A stretch of DNA of 64,000 nt, taken from Pyrinomonadaceae bacterium (GTDB lineage Bacteria > Acidobacteriota > Blastocatellia > Pyrinomonadales > Pyrinomonadaceae). The DNA lies in contig JBKBYA010000002.1 in NCBI GenBank assembly GCA_046313635.1, forward strand, positions 160,001 through 224,000, in the 5' to 3' direction. How positions within the stretch are numbered: the first letter of the stretch is position 1; each line of letters begins with the position of its first letter. Below the pieces are notes generated by a model, which ran no database searches, had not been told where the DNA came from, and saw only the letters and a program-made list of their open reading frames with translations. Below are positions 39,558 through 52,586 of this stretch, piece after piece. The position numbers were made by a program, and so were the translations under genes.

Positions 39558-42533
39558 ATGCCCATCACTCGTGTGAATAAAATTAGGATCGTTTTGGCGC
39601 TGTTCGTATTTGCGCTGCTGTCGTCGGCTGCGGCGGTCGGCGTCAGCGGGCAGTCACAGGCCTTGAACGGTCAGATCGAAGGGATCGTCACCGACATCAA
39701 CGGAGCCGCGGTTGCCGGGGCGAGCGTGACGGCCAGAAACGTCGGCACCGGCACCGAGCGAAATACGACGTCGGATGAAAGCGGGCTCTATCGCTTTCCG
39801 CTGCTTCCGCTAGGCTCGTACCGCATCACGGTCGAAGCTCCGAACTTCAAAAAGCTCATCCGAGAGGGCATAACGCTCACCGCCGGTCAGAATGCGACCG
39901 TCGACCTGTCGGTCGAGGCCGGCGACGTCTCTGCGGTGGTGACCGTCAACTCGGACGCCCCGATCGCCGATCCCGGAAAGATCGATATCGGACGGGTGAT
40001 GAATACACGAGAGGTCCAGAATCTCCCGCTCGTTTCGCGCAATCCATACAATTTCGCTCTGCTGCAGGCGAACGTGACGGGCCGTCCGAACGTCGAGTTC
40101 GGCGTGCCCCGCATCAATGCCAACGGCTACACACGGCGCACCAATTACCAACTCGACGGCAACAATAACACGCAGGCAGATCGCGGCGGCATCCGCCTGA
40201 TGCCGATCTCGGAGACGTTCGTCGCCGAGGTGCAGCTTGTGACAAACGGCTTCGCGGCGGAGTTCGGCAATACGCCCGGCCTCATTATGAACGCCATAAC
40301 GCCGTCGGGCACTAACAGTCTCCGAGGGTCTGCGAGCTATCGCTTTAGACGAACGCCGTTCTCGTCCAGGCCCTTTAACACCCCGCCGACATCGCTCAAG
40401 CCCGAGACCAAGGTCGACAACGTGACGGCGGCCATCGGCGGACCGATCATCAAGAATCGCTGGCATTATTACGGCGGCTTCGAGTGGGTCAACCGCGATC
40501 TCGGCGGCGAGCCGCAGCGTCTGATCACGATCTCGGAGGCCAACAAGGCGGCATTGATCGCAGCAGGCGTGCCCGCGTCGGCCTTCCCGACGTCGATACC
40601 GACGGCGCAGAAGGTAAACTTTTACATCGTCCGGACCGACGCTCAGATCAACGACGCCAACCGTCTGACGAGCCGCTTCAACTACTTCAAAAATCTCTCG
40701 CCCGACAATATCGCCGGCGGTCTCAATACGCTTGAGCGCAGCGTCGACTTTGACGACAAGTCCTACTCGCTCGGTGTGCAGCTGGCGTCGATCCTCTCTC
40801 CGCAGGTGCTCAACGAGTTTCGCTACCAGTACGCACGCCGCGAGTCGCGCAACATCGCCAACGCCAATTCGGGTTCGGGCGTGAGCATCGTCATCACCGG
40901 CATCGCCAATTTCGGCGCACCCGAGAATGACGACACCATCGCTCCGCTGCAGATCAGCAACCAGATCCAGAACAATCTCACGTGGACCAATGGCGACCAC
41001 GTGATAAAGATCGGCGGCGGTCTCAATCGCATCGACGACACGCGGCGGTCGAACCAGTTTGCCCGCTACACCTTTTCTTCGATCGCAAACTACGTTTCGG
41101 CAAAGACGGGTGTGCTTCAGCCCGGGGCGTCATGCCCGAGCGGGCCGACGCGCTGCTACACGAATTACGTTGAGGCCTTTGGCGACCCCAATATCGAATA
41201 CCAGTCGGCGTTCTACAACCTCTTCGCGCAGGACGACTGGAAGGTCACGCGCAAGCTGAAGGTCAACTACGGCCTCCGCTACGACCTCTATGATATTCCG
41301 GATGCGAAGAGCTCGTCGCCCTTCCCGGCGTCGCAGAAATTCAAGGTCGACAAGAACAACTTTGCGCCTCGTCTCGGCGTGGTCTACGCCCTGCGCGACG
41401 GCGACCGGCCGACGGTCGCGCGCGCAAGTGCCGGTCTCTATTACGACACGGTCTTTCTGGATTACTACCAGCGTGCTATCCAGAATAACGGCTCGCCGGT
41501 ATTCTTCAATTTCACCTTTGCACCGTCGACCAGCGGGTCTCCGGCGTTTCCGAATATTCTCCAGTCGCTGCCGGCAGGTACGACGCTGCCGGTGCAGAGC
41601 ATCGAGACGATCTCGCCCGACTTCGAGAATATGTACGCGTTTCACACGAACGCGCAGATCGAGCAGGCCATCACCAGCGATCTTTCGCTGACGGTCGGCT
41701 TCATTCATTCGAGCGGCCGGCACATTCCGGTATACAGAAACATCAACCGCATCAACCCGACGGCTTTCCTGGCTGACGGACGGCCCATCTTCAGCAACAC
41801 GGTGAGCGCCGCGACGAGGCTCGATCCGCGATTCAACAACATTCTGATGGCCGAGTCGGTGGGCAATTCGCGCTACAACGCGTTCATCCTGCAGCTCAAC
41901 AAGCGATTTTCAAAAGGCTACCAGTTCAGCGCCAACTACACGCTTTCAAAGGCAAAGGACGACGCTCCTGAACAGAATCTCGTCGCGACCCAGGTCGGCA
42001 ATCTCGTCGTGCAGGACCCGACCAACCGGCGCCGCGATCTCGGCCCGTCGCTGGCCGACCAGCGACACACCTTCGTGATGAGCTTCGTGGGCCGGCCCGA
42101 GTTCAATTTCTCGAATAAGGCGGTCAGGTATCTCGTCAACAACAATCAGTTCGGGTTTATCGCGACGGCCAACAGCGGCGAGCGGTACAATATCGTCGCC
42201 GCGACCGACATCAATCTGGACGGCTTCTCGGGTTCGGACAATCCGGTCGGCGTGTCGCGAAACTCGGGGACGACCCCGCGGCAGTTCAATGTCGATTTTC
42301 GCTACTCGCGATTCTTCAACTTTAACGAGCGATTCAAGCTGGAGGTCTTTGGAGAGTTTTTGAATCTCTTCAATATCAACAGCATCTTTCAGATCAACAG
42401 TCTGACGGTGGCGACCGACGCTCTCGGCAATCCGACCGCACCTCTGCCGACCGTCGAGAATCGTCGTGCGACCAACCAGGTGACGTCGCTCGACAGCCGT
42501 CAGTTCCAGCTTGGCTTCAAGTTCAGCTTTTAG
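39558..42533 (+). CDS. TonB-dependent receptor (Oar-like, carboxypeptidase-regulatory-like N-domain)
   Basis: GIVTDINGAAVAGASVT, LPLVSRN, AEFG, FAQDDWK, NNFAPRLG, C-terminal RQFQLGFKFSF. Confidence 0.93.
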   Translation: MPITRVNKIRIVLALFVFALLSSAAAVGVSGQSQALNGQIEGIVTDINGAAVAGASVTARNVGTGTERNTTSDESGLYRFPLLPLGSYRITVEAPNFKKLIREGITLTAGQNATVDLSVEAGDVSAVVTVNSDAPIADPGKIDIGRVMNTREVQNLPLVSRNPYNFALLQANVTGRPNVEFGVPRINANGYTRRTNYQLDGNNNTQADRGGIRLMPISETFVAEVQLVTNGFAAEFGNTPGLIMNAITPSGTNSLRGSASYRFRRTPFSSRPFNTPPTSLKPETKVDNVTAAIGGPIIKNRWHYYGGFEWVNRDLGGEPQRLITISEANKAALIAAGVPASAFPTSIPTAQKVNFYIVRTDAQINDANRLTSRFNYFKNLSPDNIAGGLNTLERSVDFDDKSYSLGVQLASILSPQVLNEFRYQYARRESRNIANANSGSGVSIVITGIANFGAPENDDTIAPLQISNQIQNNLTWTNGDHVIKIGGGLNRIDDTRRSNQFARYTFSSIANYVSAKTGVLQPGASCPSGPTRCYTNYVEAFGDPNIEYQSAFYNLFAQDDWKVTRKLKVNYGLRYDLYDIPDAKSSSPFPASQKFKVDKNNFAPRLGVVYALRDGDRPTVARASAGLYYDTVFLDYYQRAIQNNGSPVFFNFTFAPSTSGSPAFPNILQSLPAGTTLPVQSIETISPDFENMYAFHTNAQIEQAITSDLSLTVGFIHSSGRHIPVYRNINRINPTAFLADGRPIFSNTVSAATRLDPRFNNILMAESVGNSRYNAFILQLNKRFSKGYQFSANYTLSKAKDDAPEQNLVATQVGNLVVQDPTNRRRDLGPSLADQRHTFVMSFVGRPEFNFSNKAVRYLVNNNQFGFIATANSGERYNIVAATDINLDGFSGSDNPVGVSRNSGTTPRQFNVDFRYSRFFNFNERFKLEVFGEFLNLFNINSIFQINSLTVATDALGNPTAPLPTVENRRATNQVTSLDSRQFQLGFKFSF

Positions 42534-42591
42534 CCGATAGCCCACGCTTTGCGGCAGGTCGGCCCGATCTGCCGCAAAGCGATCTGCGATT

Positions 42592-42735
42592 ATGCGCGGC
42601 AAAGACGTCAAGATCGACGAGCAGGTGCACGAGCTTCCGGACGCGTGGTGGTATAAGGTCTACGCGGCGGTGATGATCGTGACCGCGCTCGTGATCGCCG
42701 CCCTTTGGGCTTTTTCCAGATACTTTTCCCGGTAG
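42592..42735 (+). CDS. 47-aa single-pass membrane protein preceding the SSS transporter
   Basis: Below the ORF-track cut-off. [47 protein letters not shown]; ends 7 bp before the SSS start. Confidence 0.72.
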   Translation: MRGKDVKIDEQVHELPDAWWYKVYAAVMIVTALVIAALWAFSRYFSR

Positions 42736-42742
42736 GGGCCAG

Positions 42743-44409
<1,667 letters not shown>

Positions 44410-44413
<4 letters not shown>

Positions 44414-47073
44414 TGAACAAGCCTCTTCTGCATCGCATTGCCGCCTCACTCGTATTGTTCGCATCGCTGATGTCGCCGGCCGCAAGCCGGATGACGCGTG
44501 CCCAGGTGCGGCCCGTTTACGATATGGGCGCGCTCGGCCTCGGCCAGGTGCTCCAGCGTCTGCAGACGACGGCCAGCGCGATGCATACCGGAGCGCATCC
44601 GGACGACGAAGATTCGGGCCTGCTTGCATACCTCGCTCGCCGCGAGCACGCGAGGACGGTCTACCTCGCCCTTAACCGCGGCGAGGGCGGGCAGAACGTC
44701 ATCGGCTCAGATCTCTTTGAGAATCTCGGCGTCATCCGCACCGAAGAGCTCCTGCAGGCGAGGCGGCTCGACGGCGGGCAGCAGATGTTCACGAGCGTGA
44801 TGGACTACGGCTTTTCAAAGTCGCGCGCCGAGGCGGCCCGCATCTGGGGTGAGCAGGTCGTGCTGGCGGATATGGTCCGTGCGATACGCAGATTTCGCCC
44901 GATGGTCGTCATCGCGCGCTTTACCGGAACGCCAGCCGACGGTCATGGCCAGCACCAGCTCGCGGGCTACCTGACACCGCTCGCAGTCAAAGCGGCGGCC
45001 GACCCGGAACAGTTTCCGGAACAACTGTCCGAAGGACTTTGGCCCTGGAAGGTAAAAAAGCTCTACGTCTCGCAGAGCTTTGTTCAAAACGCCCAGAACG
45101 TGCCGACGCTTACGATGAATACCGGCGAATACAATTCGCTCATCGGCCGCTCGTACTACGAGATCGCCGCCGAGGGCCGCAGCCAGCACAAGACCCAGGA
45201 GATGGGAACGCTGGAGCTCCGCGGGCGAATGACTTCGGGCGTGCGTCTTCTGGCGTCGGACGTCCCGACACAGACGAGCGAGTCGAGCGTCTTTGACGGC
45301 ATCGACACGAGCATCACCGGCATCGCCGAAGCGGCGGACGACCGGTCGCCGGTGCTTGCCGAAAAGCTGGCCGCACTCAAGACGGTCGCCGCCCGAGCGC
45401 TTGCCGAATATCGCCCGCTCGCCCCGCAAAAGCTGGTGCCGACGCTGCTCGAGGGCTACAAGCTCGCGCAGCAGGCAGAGTGGTCGACCCGCAATCCCGA
45501 CTCCAAGCGGCTGCTCCGAGAGAAGCAGGCAGAGTTTGTCCGCGCGATACAGCTCGCGGCCGGCATAGTCGTCGACGCGCTGGCCGACACTGAGACGATC
45601 GTGCCCGGCGACGCAGCCGGCGTCGCGGTGAGAGTTTTTGCACCGGAAGGCGCCGCCTTCAACGTCAACGCGGTGTCGATCGAAGTGCCGAAAGATTGGA
45701 AGGTCGCCGCATCGGTCGAGCCCGCGCAGCAGGACAACACCTTTCGCCCGCGCCGCGAGACTGCCGCGAGCGCTTCGTACTTTACGGTGACGGCGCCGGC
45801 CGGCGCGGCGTACTCGCAGCCCTACTGGCTGCGCACGCCGCGAAACAAGAATTTCGGATTCGACTGGGACGCAGCCGATGCCGCGAAGAATATGCCGTTC
45901 CAGCCCGAGCTGCTGAGGGCCGCGGTCAAGATCGAGATCGACGGGCAGGAGTTCACGATCGACCGGGCCGTTCAGTACCGTTATGCCGACGACATCCGCG
46001 GCGAGCTGCGCCGCGACGTCAACGTCGTGCCGGCCGTCTCGGTCGCGCTCGATTCAAACCTCGTCGTATCGCCCGCGTCCGCCAAAGCGACCAGGCAGAG
46101 ACTCGTCGTCTCGGTAACCAACAATTCGCCGCGGCAGACCAAGGGCACGGTCAGTCTGGATCTGCCGTCGGGCTGGTCGAGCAGTCCGGCGTCTTCGGAT
46201 TTTGATCTCAAGTCGCGCGGCGAAAGGACGGCGGTCGCCTTTGACGTGACGATCCCTGCAAATGCCAAGGCCGGCGATTACAAGATCACCGCCCGAGCGG
46301 CCGTCAGCGGTCAAACCTACGACCGGACAATGCAGACGATCGCGTACCCGCACATTCAGACGCATCGCCGCTACGTGCCGGCCGAGGTCTCTGTAAAGGT
46401 GATGGACCTTAAGGTCGCGCCGGTTCGCGTCGGGTACATAATGGGCAGCGGCGACCGCGTGCCCGAGGCTATCAAACGGCTCGGTCTCGACGTCAAGATG
46501 CTCGAAGAGAAAGATCTCTCGACCGGCGATCTCGGCCAGTACGACACGATCGTCGTGGGCGTACGCGCGTCGCAGGTGCGGCCCGACTTTGTCGCCAACA
46601 ACGGTCGGCTGCTCGAGTTTGTCCGCAACGGCGGTACGCTGATCGTGCAGTACCAGCAGCCGGAGTATATCCAAAACAATATGCCGCCCTACCCGGCCCG
46701 GATGGACTCGGTCGTCAACGGCCAGCAGCGCATCTCGAACTTTCGCGTGACGGACGAGAACGCTCCGGTCAAGATACTCGTTCCCGAGCACCCGATCTTT
46801 AACTTCCCGAACAAGATCGTCGCGTCCGACTGGGACAACTGGGTGCAGGAACGCAACCTCTATAATTTTTCGGAGTTCGATCCGCGTTACACCGCGCTTC
46901 TCGAATCGCATGACGAGGGCGACCCTGAGAACCGCGGCGGGATGGTCTGGGCAAAGCTCGGCAAGGGGAATTACGTTTACTCGTCGTACTCGTGGTTTCG
47001 TCAGCTGCCCGTTGGCACCACCGGCGCCTACCGCATCTTTGCAAACATGCTGAGTTTGCCGAAGGCGAGGTGA
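44410..47073 (+). CDS. exported PIG-L/LmbE-family deacetylase with Ig-like (NEW3-type) and GATase-like C-terminal domains
   Basis: Signal peptide, AHPDDE, RGEGGQN, RTEEL, HGQH, SQHKTQ; C-terminal [10 protein letters not shown] and WVQER. Confidence 0.88.
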
Positions 47074-47145
47074 GACGAATGTCGAATTTCAAACGATGAA
47101 TATCGAATGATTGATCTAGAAATTCGATATTCCATATTCAGTATT
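47074..47145. repeat. inverted heptamer tandem array
   Basis: gacgaat gtcgaat ttcaaac gatgaat atcgaat versus attcgat attccat attcagt; 47098-47108 pairs perfectly with 47122-47132. Confidence 0.75.
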
Positions 47146-47152
47146 TATTACG

Positions 47153-48640
47153 ATGGACGAGAAGTTTCCGGCCCAGAGTTACAAGGACAACGTTTTAGCG
47201 GACTGCTTTGAGGACGCGAAAAAGTACTTTCTCGACGCATATCATCAGGTCGATCTCGCTCACGCGGTGATGCTCGCCGAGCAGGGCATTATCACCGGCG
47301 ACGAGCTCCGGCAGATACTCAGGGCCCTGATCACGCTCGACTTTGACGCGATACATCGACGGACCTACGACGGTACGTTCGAGGACGTTTTTTACCTGCT
47401 CCAGCAGGAGATCGCCAAGCGGTGCGACCCCGACACGGCCGGGAAACTCCACACCGCCCGCAGCCGCAACGATATCGACGTGACGATCTATCGACTGCGG
47501 CTGCGCAGAGACTCGCTCGCGCTTATTCGCTCGGCGATGGACCTGCGCAAGGTTTTTCTCGATCTCGCCGCCGAGCATCACGAGACGCTCATCCCGGCAT
47601 ACACGCACACGCAGCCCGCGCAGCCGTCGACGATGGCGCACTTTCTGCTGGCGATGGCCGAGAATCTCGACCGCGACATCAGGCGGCTGCAGGCGGCATT
47701 CGACAATCTCAACTTTTGTCCGCTCGGCTCGGGGGCGATAACGACGACCGGATTCCCGATCGATCGGCACCGCGTTGCCGAGCTGCTCGGCTTTGCGGGA
47801 CCGACCGTTAACTCTTACGGCTCGATCGCGTCGGTCGACTACTTTACGCACCTCCTGGGCGCGTCGGCGACGATGCTTGTGAACATCGGCAAGTTCGCGC
47901 AGGAGTTTTTGCTGATGGCGATGTCCGAGTTTAACGCGATCCGCCTGCCGGACGGTTTTGTCCAGGGCTCGTCGATCATGCCGCAAAAGCGAAATCCGGT
48001 CGCGCTCGAGCACATACGCGCCATCGGCAGCAAGGCCCTCGGGCAGACGCTTGGCGTTTTTACGGCGGTGCACAATACGCCTTTCGGCGACATCAACGAC
48101 GTCGAGGACGATCTGCAGCCGCTGATCTACAGCTCGCTCCGCGACGCCAACCGCGCGGTGTCGCTCTTTGTGGGCACGCTCAAGTCGGCGACCTTCAACT
48201 TTGATATCCTGCGCCGGCGGGCTAGCGAGAATTTCATCACCGTGACAGAGCTCGCCGACACGATCGTCCGGAGCGAGAATTTGCCCTTCCGCGTCGCTCA
48301 CAAGATCGTCGGTCTGTCGGTCAAGAATTCGATCGAGCAGGGAACAGAGATCACGCACGACATCCTGCAGGCGGCCGCCCGCGAGGTGCTCGGCCGCGAG
48401 CTCGCGATGACCGACGAGCAGCTCAAGGCCGCGCTGTCCGCCGACAACTTCGTCAATATCCGCAAGATCTACGGCGGCACGTCGCCGGTCGAGACGCGCC
48501 GCGCCATCGTCGTCCACCGCGAGCGTGAGTCCGAGGACGAGCGATGGATCGAGACCGCGATCGAGCGGATCGCGTCGGCGAGAGCTCGTCTGGATTCGAT
48601 CGTTAAGGGCGTCGTCGGCGAGAGTTCCGCGGCCCGATAG
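47153..48640 (+). CDS. argininosuccinate-lyase-like enzyme (aspartase/fumarase superfamily)
   Basis: LHTARSRND, PAYTHTQPAQP, GSSIMPQKRNP, PFRVAH; lacks the usual ArgH N-terminal LWGGRF. Confidence 0.85.
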   Translation: MDEKFPAQSYKDNVLADCFEDAKKYFLDAYHQVDLAHAVMLAEQGIITGDELRQILRALITLDFDAIHRRTYDGTFEDVFYLLQQEIAKRCDPDTAGKLHTARSRNDIDVTIYRLRLRRDSLALIRSAMDLRKVFLDLAAEHHETLIPAYTHTQPAQPSTMAHFLLAMAENLDRDIRRLQAAFDNLNFCPLGSGAITTTGFPIDRHRVAELLGFAGPTVNSYGSIASVDYFTHLLGASATMLVNIGKFAQEFLLMAMSEFNAIRLPDGFVQGSSIMPQKRNPVALEHIRAIGSKALGQTLGVFTAVHNTPFGDINDVEDDLQPLIYSSLRDANRAVSLFVGTLKSATFNFDILRRRASENFITVTELADTIVRSENLPFRVAHKIVGLSVKNSIEQGTEITHDILQAAAREVLGRELAMTDEQLKAALSADNFVNIRKIYGGTSPVETRRAIVVHRERESEDERWIETAIERIASARARLDSIVKGVVGESSAAR

Positions 48641-48661
48641 CCGCGGCGGCGAGAATTTTTG

Positions 48662-48691
48662 TTGACATGCCTCAATTTCAAAAGTTATCTT
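48662..48691 (+). promoter_or_regulatory. sigma70-type promoter of the aromatic operon
   Basis: TTGACA, 18 bp, TATCTT. Confidence 0.6.
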
Positions 48692-48721
48692 AACGTCTAC
48701 CGAATAAGATCGGTTTATACG

Positions 48722-48808
48722 ATGCGTTCGACCAGCTTCAACAGCTTCAGCTACTTTTACTTTTACTTTTTTGGTAAAGCGGCTGGAGCTTTGGTCCCAA
48801 ACGATTAG
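48722..48808 (+). CDS. Phe/Tyr-rich attenuator leader peptide
   Basis: MRSTSFNSFSYFYFYFFGKAAGALVPND (6 Phe, 3 Tyr), followed by a terminator and aromatic biosynthesis genes. Confidence 0.85.
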   Translation: MRSTSFNSFSYFYFYFFGKAAGALVPND

Positions 48809-48832
48809 CGATCGAAAAACAGGAACCAGATC

Positions 48833-48869
48833 AAAAGCCGCGGCAGCCAGAGTGCTTCGCGGCTTTTTT
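48833..48869 (+). terminator. attenuator terminator
   Basis: AAAAGCCGCG / CGCGGCTTTTTT, 12 bp before the chorismate mutase ATG. Confidence 0.85.
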
Positions 48870-48881
48870 GCTTTTCAAGAT

Positions 48882-49178
48882 ATGAAACTAGAAAGACACC
48901 GCAGCCGCATAGACGCGATCGACCGCGAGGTCGTCGCACTGCTCAACCGCCGGGCCGAGATCGTGCGGGAGATCGGCGCGATCAAGGCCAAGGCCGCGTT
49001 GCCGGTCGTCGATCGTGATCGCGAAACGCAAGTGCTCGAGAGCGTCACCTCGTCGAGCGAGGGCCCGCTCGACGCCGACGCCCTCGAGCGGATCTATCGC
49101 GCGGTCCTGATCGAGTGCCGCCAGATCCAGGCCAGCATCCGTGAGGAGCACATTGCCTCGGGAGCTCCGCAGTTATGA
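48882..49178 (+). CDS. chorismate mutase type II (AroQ), stand-alone
   Basis: RSRIDAIDREVVALLNRR, IGAIK, DRDRE, IYRAVL. Confidence 0.9.
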   Translation: MKLERHRSRIDAIDREVVALLNRRAEIVREIGAIKAKAALPVVDRDRETQVLESVTSSSEGPLDADALERIYRAVLIECRQIQASIREEHIASGAPQL

Positions 49179-49741
49179 CGCGCGTCGCCATCCAGGGAAT
49201 TCGCGGCTCGTACAGCGAAGAGGCCGCCGTCGCGATGCTCGGGCGTCAAGTCGCGTTCGTCGAATGCGCAAGCTTTGACGAGGCGATCGCAGCGGTGCGG
49301 GACCGTCGTGCCGATGCCGCCGTGCTCCCGGTCGCCAACAAGATCACGGGCAGCGTCGAGCCCGCCGCTTCGCTGGTCGCGGCGAGCGGGGTGCCGGTCG
49401 TGCGGCGTGAACGCCTCGCGATCGAGCACGTGCTCATCGCGGCGGGCGAATGCGAGATCAGGGATCTGAAAGTCGTCGTCTCACACATTCAGGCCCTGCG
49501 GCAGTGCTCGGCATTTCTGGCCGCAAACCCGCATCTCCGGCCGGTCCCGGCAACCGACACCGCGACGGCGGTCCGTTCTGCCATCGAAGGCAGCGCCGTC
49601 GCCGCGATCGGCAGCGCTCGCGCCGCAGAGATCCACGGCGGGCAAGTGCTCGCTCGCAACATAGCCGACGACGCCGGCAATTGGACGGAATTCGTCCTTG
49701 TCGGCCATTCAAACGATCAGAGAGGAAACGAAAAATGTTAG
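49175..49741 (+). CDS. prephenate dehydratase catalytic domain only (no ACT domain; divergent motifs)
   Basis: [44 protein letters not shown]. Confidence 0.8.
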   Translation: MTRVAIQGIRGSYSEEAAVAMLGRQVAFVECASFDEAIAAVRDRRADAAVLPVANKITGSVEPAASLVAASGVPVVRRERLAIEHVLIAAGECEIRDLKVVVSHIQALRQCSAFLAANPHLRPVPATDTATAVRSAIEGSAVAAIGSARAAEIHGGQVLARNIADDAGNWTEFVLVGHSNDQRGNEKC

Positions 49742-50610
49742 ACGCAGGCAGCAGTGCAAACTCATCGAACAGCTCAGCGGCGCCGCATCGCCTCACGGCC
49801 CGCGGCACACAGTCAGACACGGTCGTTCGGGTCGGCGATGTTGTGATCGGCGGGGGATCGCCGGTCGTGATCGCCGGGCCTTGCTCGGTCGAATCGTGGG
49901 AGCAGGTCAGCGCGACCGCGCGTGCGGTGGCCGCGGCCGGTGCGGTGATGCTCCGCGGCGGAGCGTACAAGCCGCGAACGTCGCCGTATGACTTTCAAGG
50001 TCTGGGCGAAGAGGGATTGAAACTTCTGCGCCGCGCGGGCGACGAGACCGGGCTGCCGATCGTGACCGAGGTGATGAGCGAATACGACGTCGAGCTCGCC
50101 TGCGACTACGCCGATATGCTGCAGGTCGGCGCGCGGAATATGCAGAACTTTGCCCTGCTCAAACGTCTCGCAATGACAGACAAGCCCATCCTCCTCAAAC
50201 GCGGTGCTTCGGCGACGGTGAAAGAATGGCTGTCGGCGGCCGAGTACCTGCTGCACGGCGGCAACGAGAAGGTCGTTCTGTGCGAGCGCGGCATCAAGAC
50301 TTTTGACCACAGCCTGCGGAATACGCTCGACCTCGCCGCGGTCGCGCTCGTCAAAGAGATGACCCATCTGCCCGTCATCGTCGACCCGTCGCACGCGACC
50401 GGGAAGAGAAGTCTGATCGCGGCGACCGCAAAGGCGGCGATAGCCGTCGGCGCAGACGGCGTGATCGTCGAGGTGCATCCCGAACCGGAAAAGGCCTGGT
50501 CCGACGGCGAGCAGTCGCTGACATTCGCCGACTTCAAAAAAATGGTCGAGCACATTGCCCGACCATTACCCAAGATCTACGAGCGTGTCGAAGAAGCCGT
50601 CGCCGTCTAA
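49735..50610 (+). CDS. aroF: DAHP synthase type I-beta without N-terminal regulatory domain
   Basis: [50 protein letters not shown] before ATG 49735. Confidence 0.92.
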   Translation: MLDAGSSANSSNSSAAPHRLTARGTQSDTVVRVGDVVIGGGSPVVIAGPCSVESWEQVSATARAVAAAGAVMLRGGAYKPRTSPYDFQGLGEEGLKLLRRAGDETGLPIVTEVMSEYDVELACDYADMLQVGARNMQNFALLKRLAMTDKPILLKRGASATVKEWLSAAEYLLHGGNEKVVLCERGIKTFDHSLRNTLDLAAVALVKEMTHLPVIVDPSHATGKRSLIAATAKAAIAVGADGVIVEVHPEPEKAWSDGEQSLTFADFKKMVEHIARPLPKIYERVEEAVAV

Positions 50611-51116
50611 TCGATCACGACCAGCACGGCCCCCGCGTTGACAGTGTCGCCCTCGGCGGCGTTGACCGAGCGGACGGTGCCGTCCTTGGGCGACTTCATT
50701 TCGTTCTGCATCTTCATCGCCTCGACGACTATCACCGGCTGGCCGTGCTCGACGACGGCCCCCGGCTCGACGAGAACGCGGACGACCTTGCCGGGCATGG
50801 CTGTCTTTATCTCAGCCGTGCCTGCGTCAGCCCCGCTGCCGGCACCTTTTGTACGGAGACGCTTAGGGTCGGTCAATTCGATGATGTACTCATCGCCGCC
50901 GACCCGCACATGTCGGCGGCCGTCGGCGGCGGGCGAGACGACAGCGTTAAAGATGCGGCCGTCCGACGACCGAAAAGTGAATACGCCCGGCTCGGGCCGT
51001 GATACCTCGAGCTCGTATTCGCGACCGTCGATGCTGGCCGTGACACGGCCGTCACGCTCGTCGAGCTCGATATTATTCGGCTCGTCGCGCCCTTCGATCT
51101 TGCCTATGAGCTTCAT
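50607..51116 (-). CDS. biotin carboxyl carrier protein
   Basis: AMPGKV and EAMKMQNE. Confidence 0.9.
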   Translation of the reverse strand: MKLIGKIEGRDEPNNIELDERDGRVTASIDGREYELEVSRPEPGVFTFRSSDGRIFNAVVSPAADGRRHVRVGGDEYIIELTDPKRLRTKGAGSGADAGTAEIKTAMPGKVVRVLVEPGAVVEHGQPVIVVEAMKMQNEMKSPKDGTVRSVNAAEGDTVNAGAVLVVID

Positions 51117-51120
51117 TTGA

Positions 51121-52242
<1,122 letters not shown>

Positions 52243-52284
52243 ATATTTAGAATTTAACAGACCCGAAATTGAGGCGCAAAAAAG

Positions 52285-52578
52285 GTCAGAACCACACCGC
52301 GTGAGCGGGTGCGTTCTTAAGCCCTGATCAGAAATTGCCCGCCGAAAACGCGAAAGAACGCTAATAAAAAGAGTGTGACCGCGGATCAACACGGATGACA
52401 CGGATCAGGACGGATCGGGATACGACTACCTATTTCTTTATCCGCGCCATCCGCGCGATCCGCGGCCAAAAACTCTTTAGCTTTCCACCGCGGTTCACAA
52501 AAAACTCTGCGTCCTCGGCGGCAACGTTTCGGTAACCGCAAAGGACGCAAAGTCGATATTACGCAGAGGCCGCAGAGT
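52285..52578. repeat. repeat cluster: REP palindrome plus two inverted 9-mer arrays
   Basis: GTCAGAACCACACCGCGTGAGCGGGTGC (52285); CACGGAT-type units at 52379-52416 versus ATCCGCG units at 52440-52465; CTCTGCGTCCTCGGCG versus CGCAAAGGACGCAAAG and CGCAGAGGCCGCAGAG. Confidence 0.75.
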
Positions 52579-52586
52579 GCTTGGGC

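Noticed and set aside
47153..48640. Assigning the symbol argH
   Set aside because: The N-terminus is non-canonical and the context is catabolic, so the substrate cannot be fixed from sequence.
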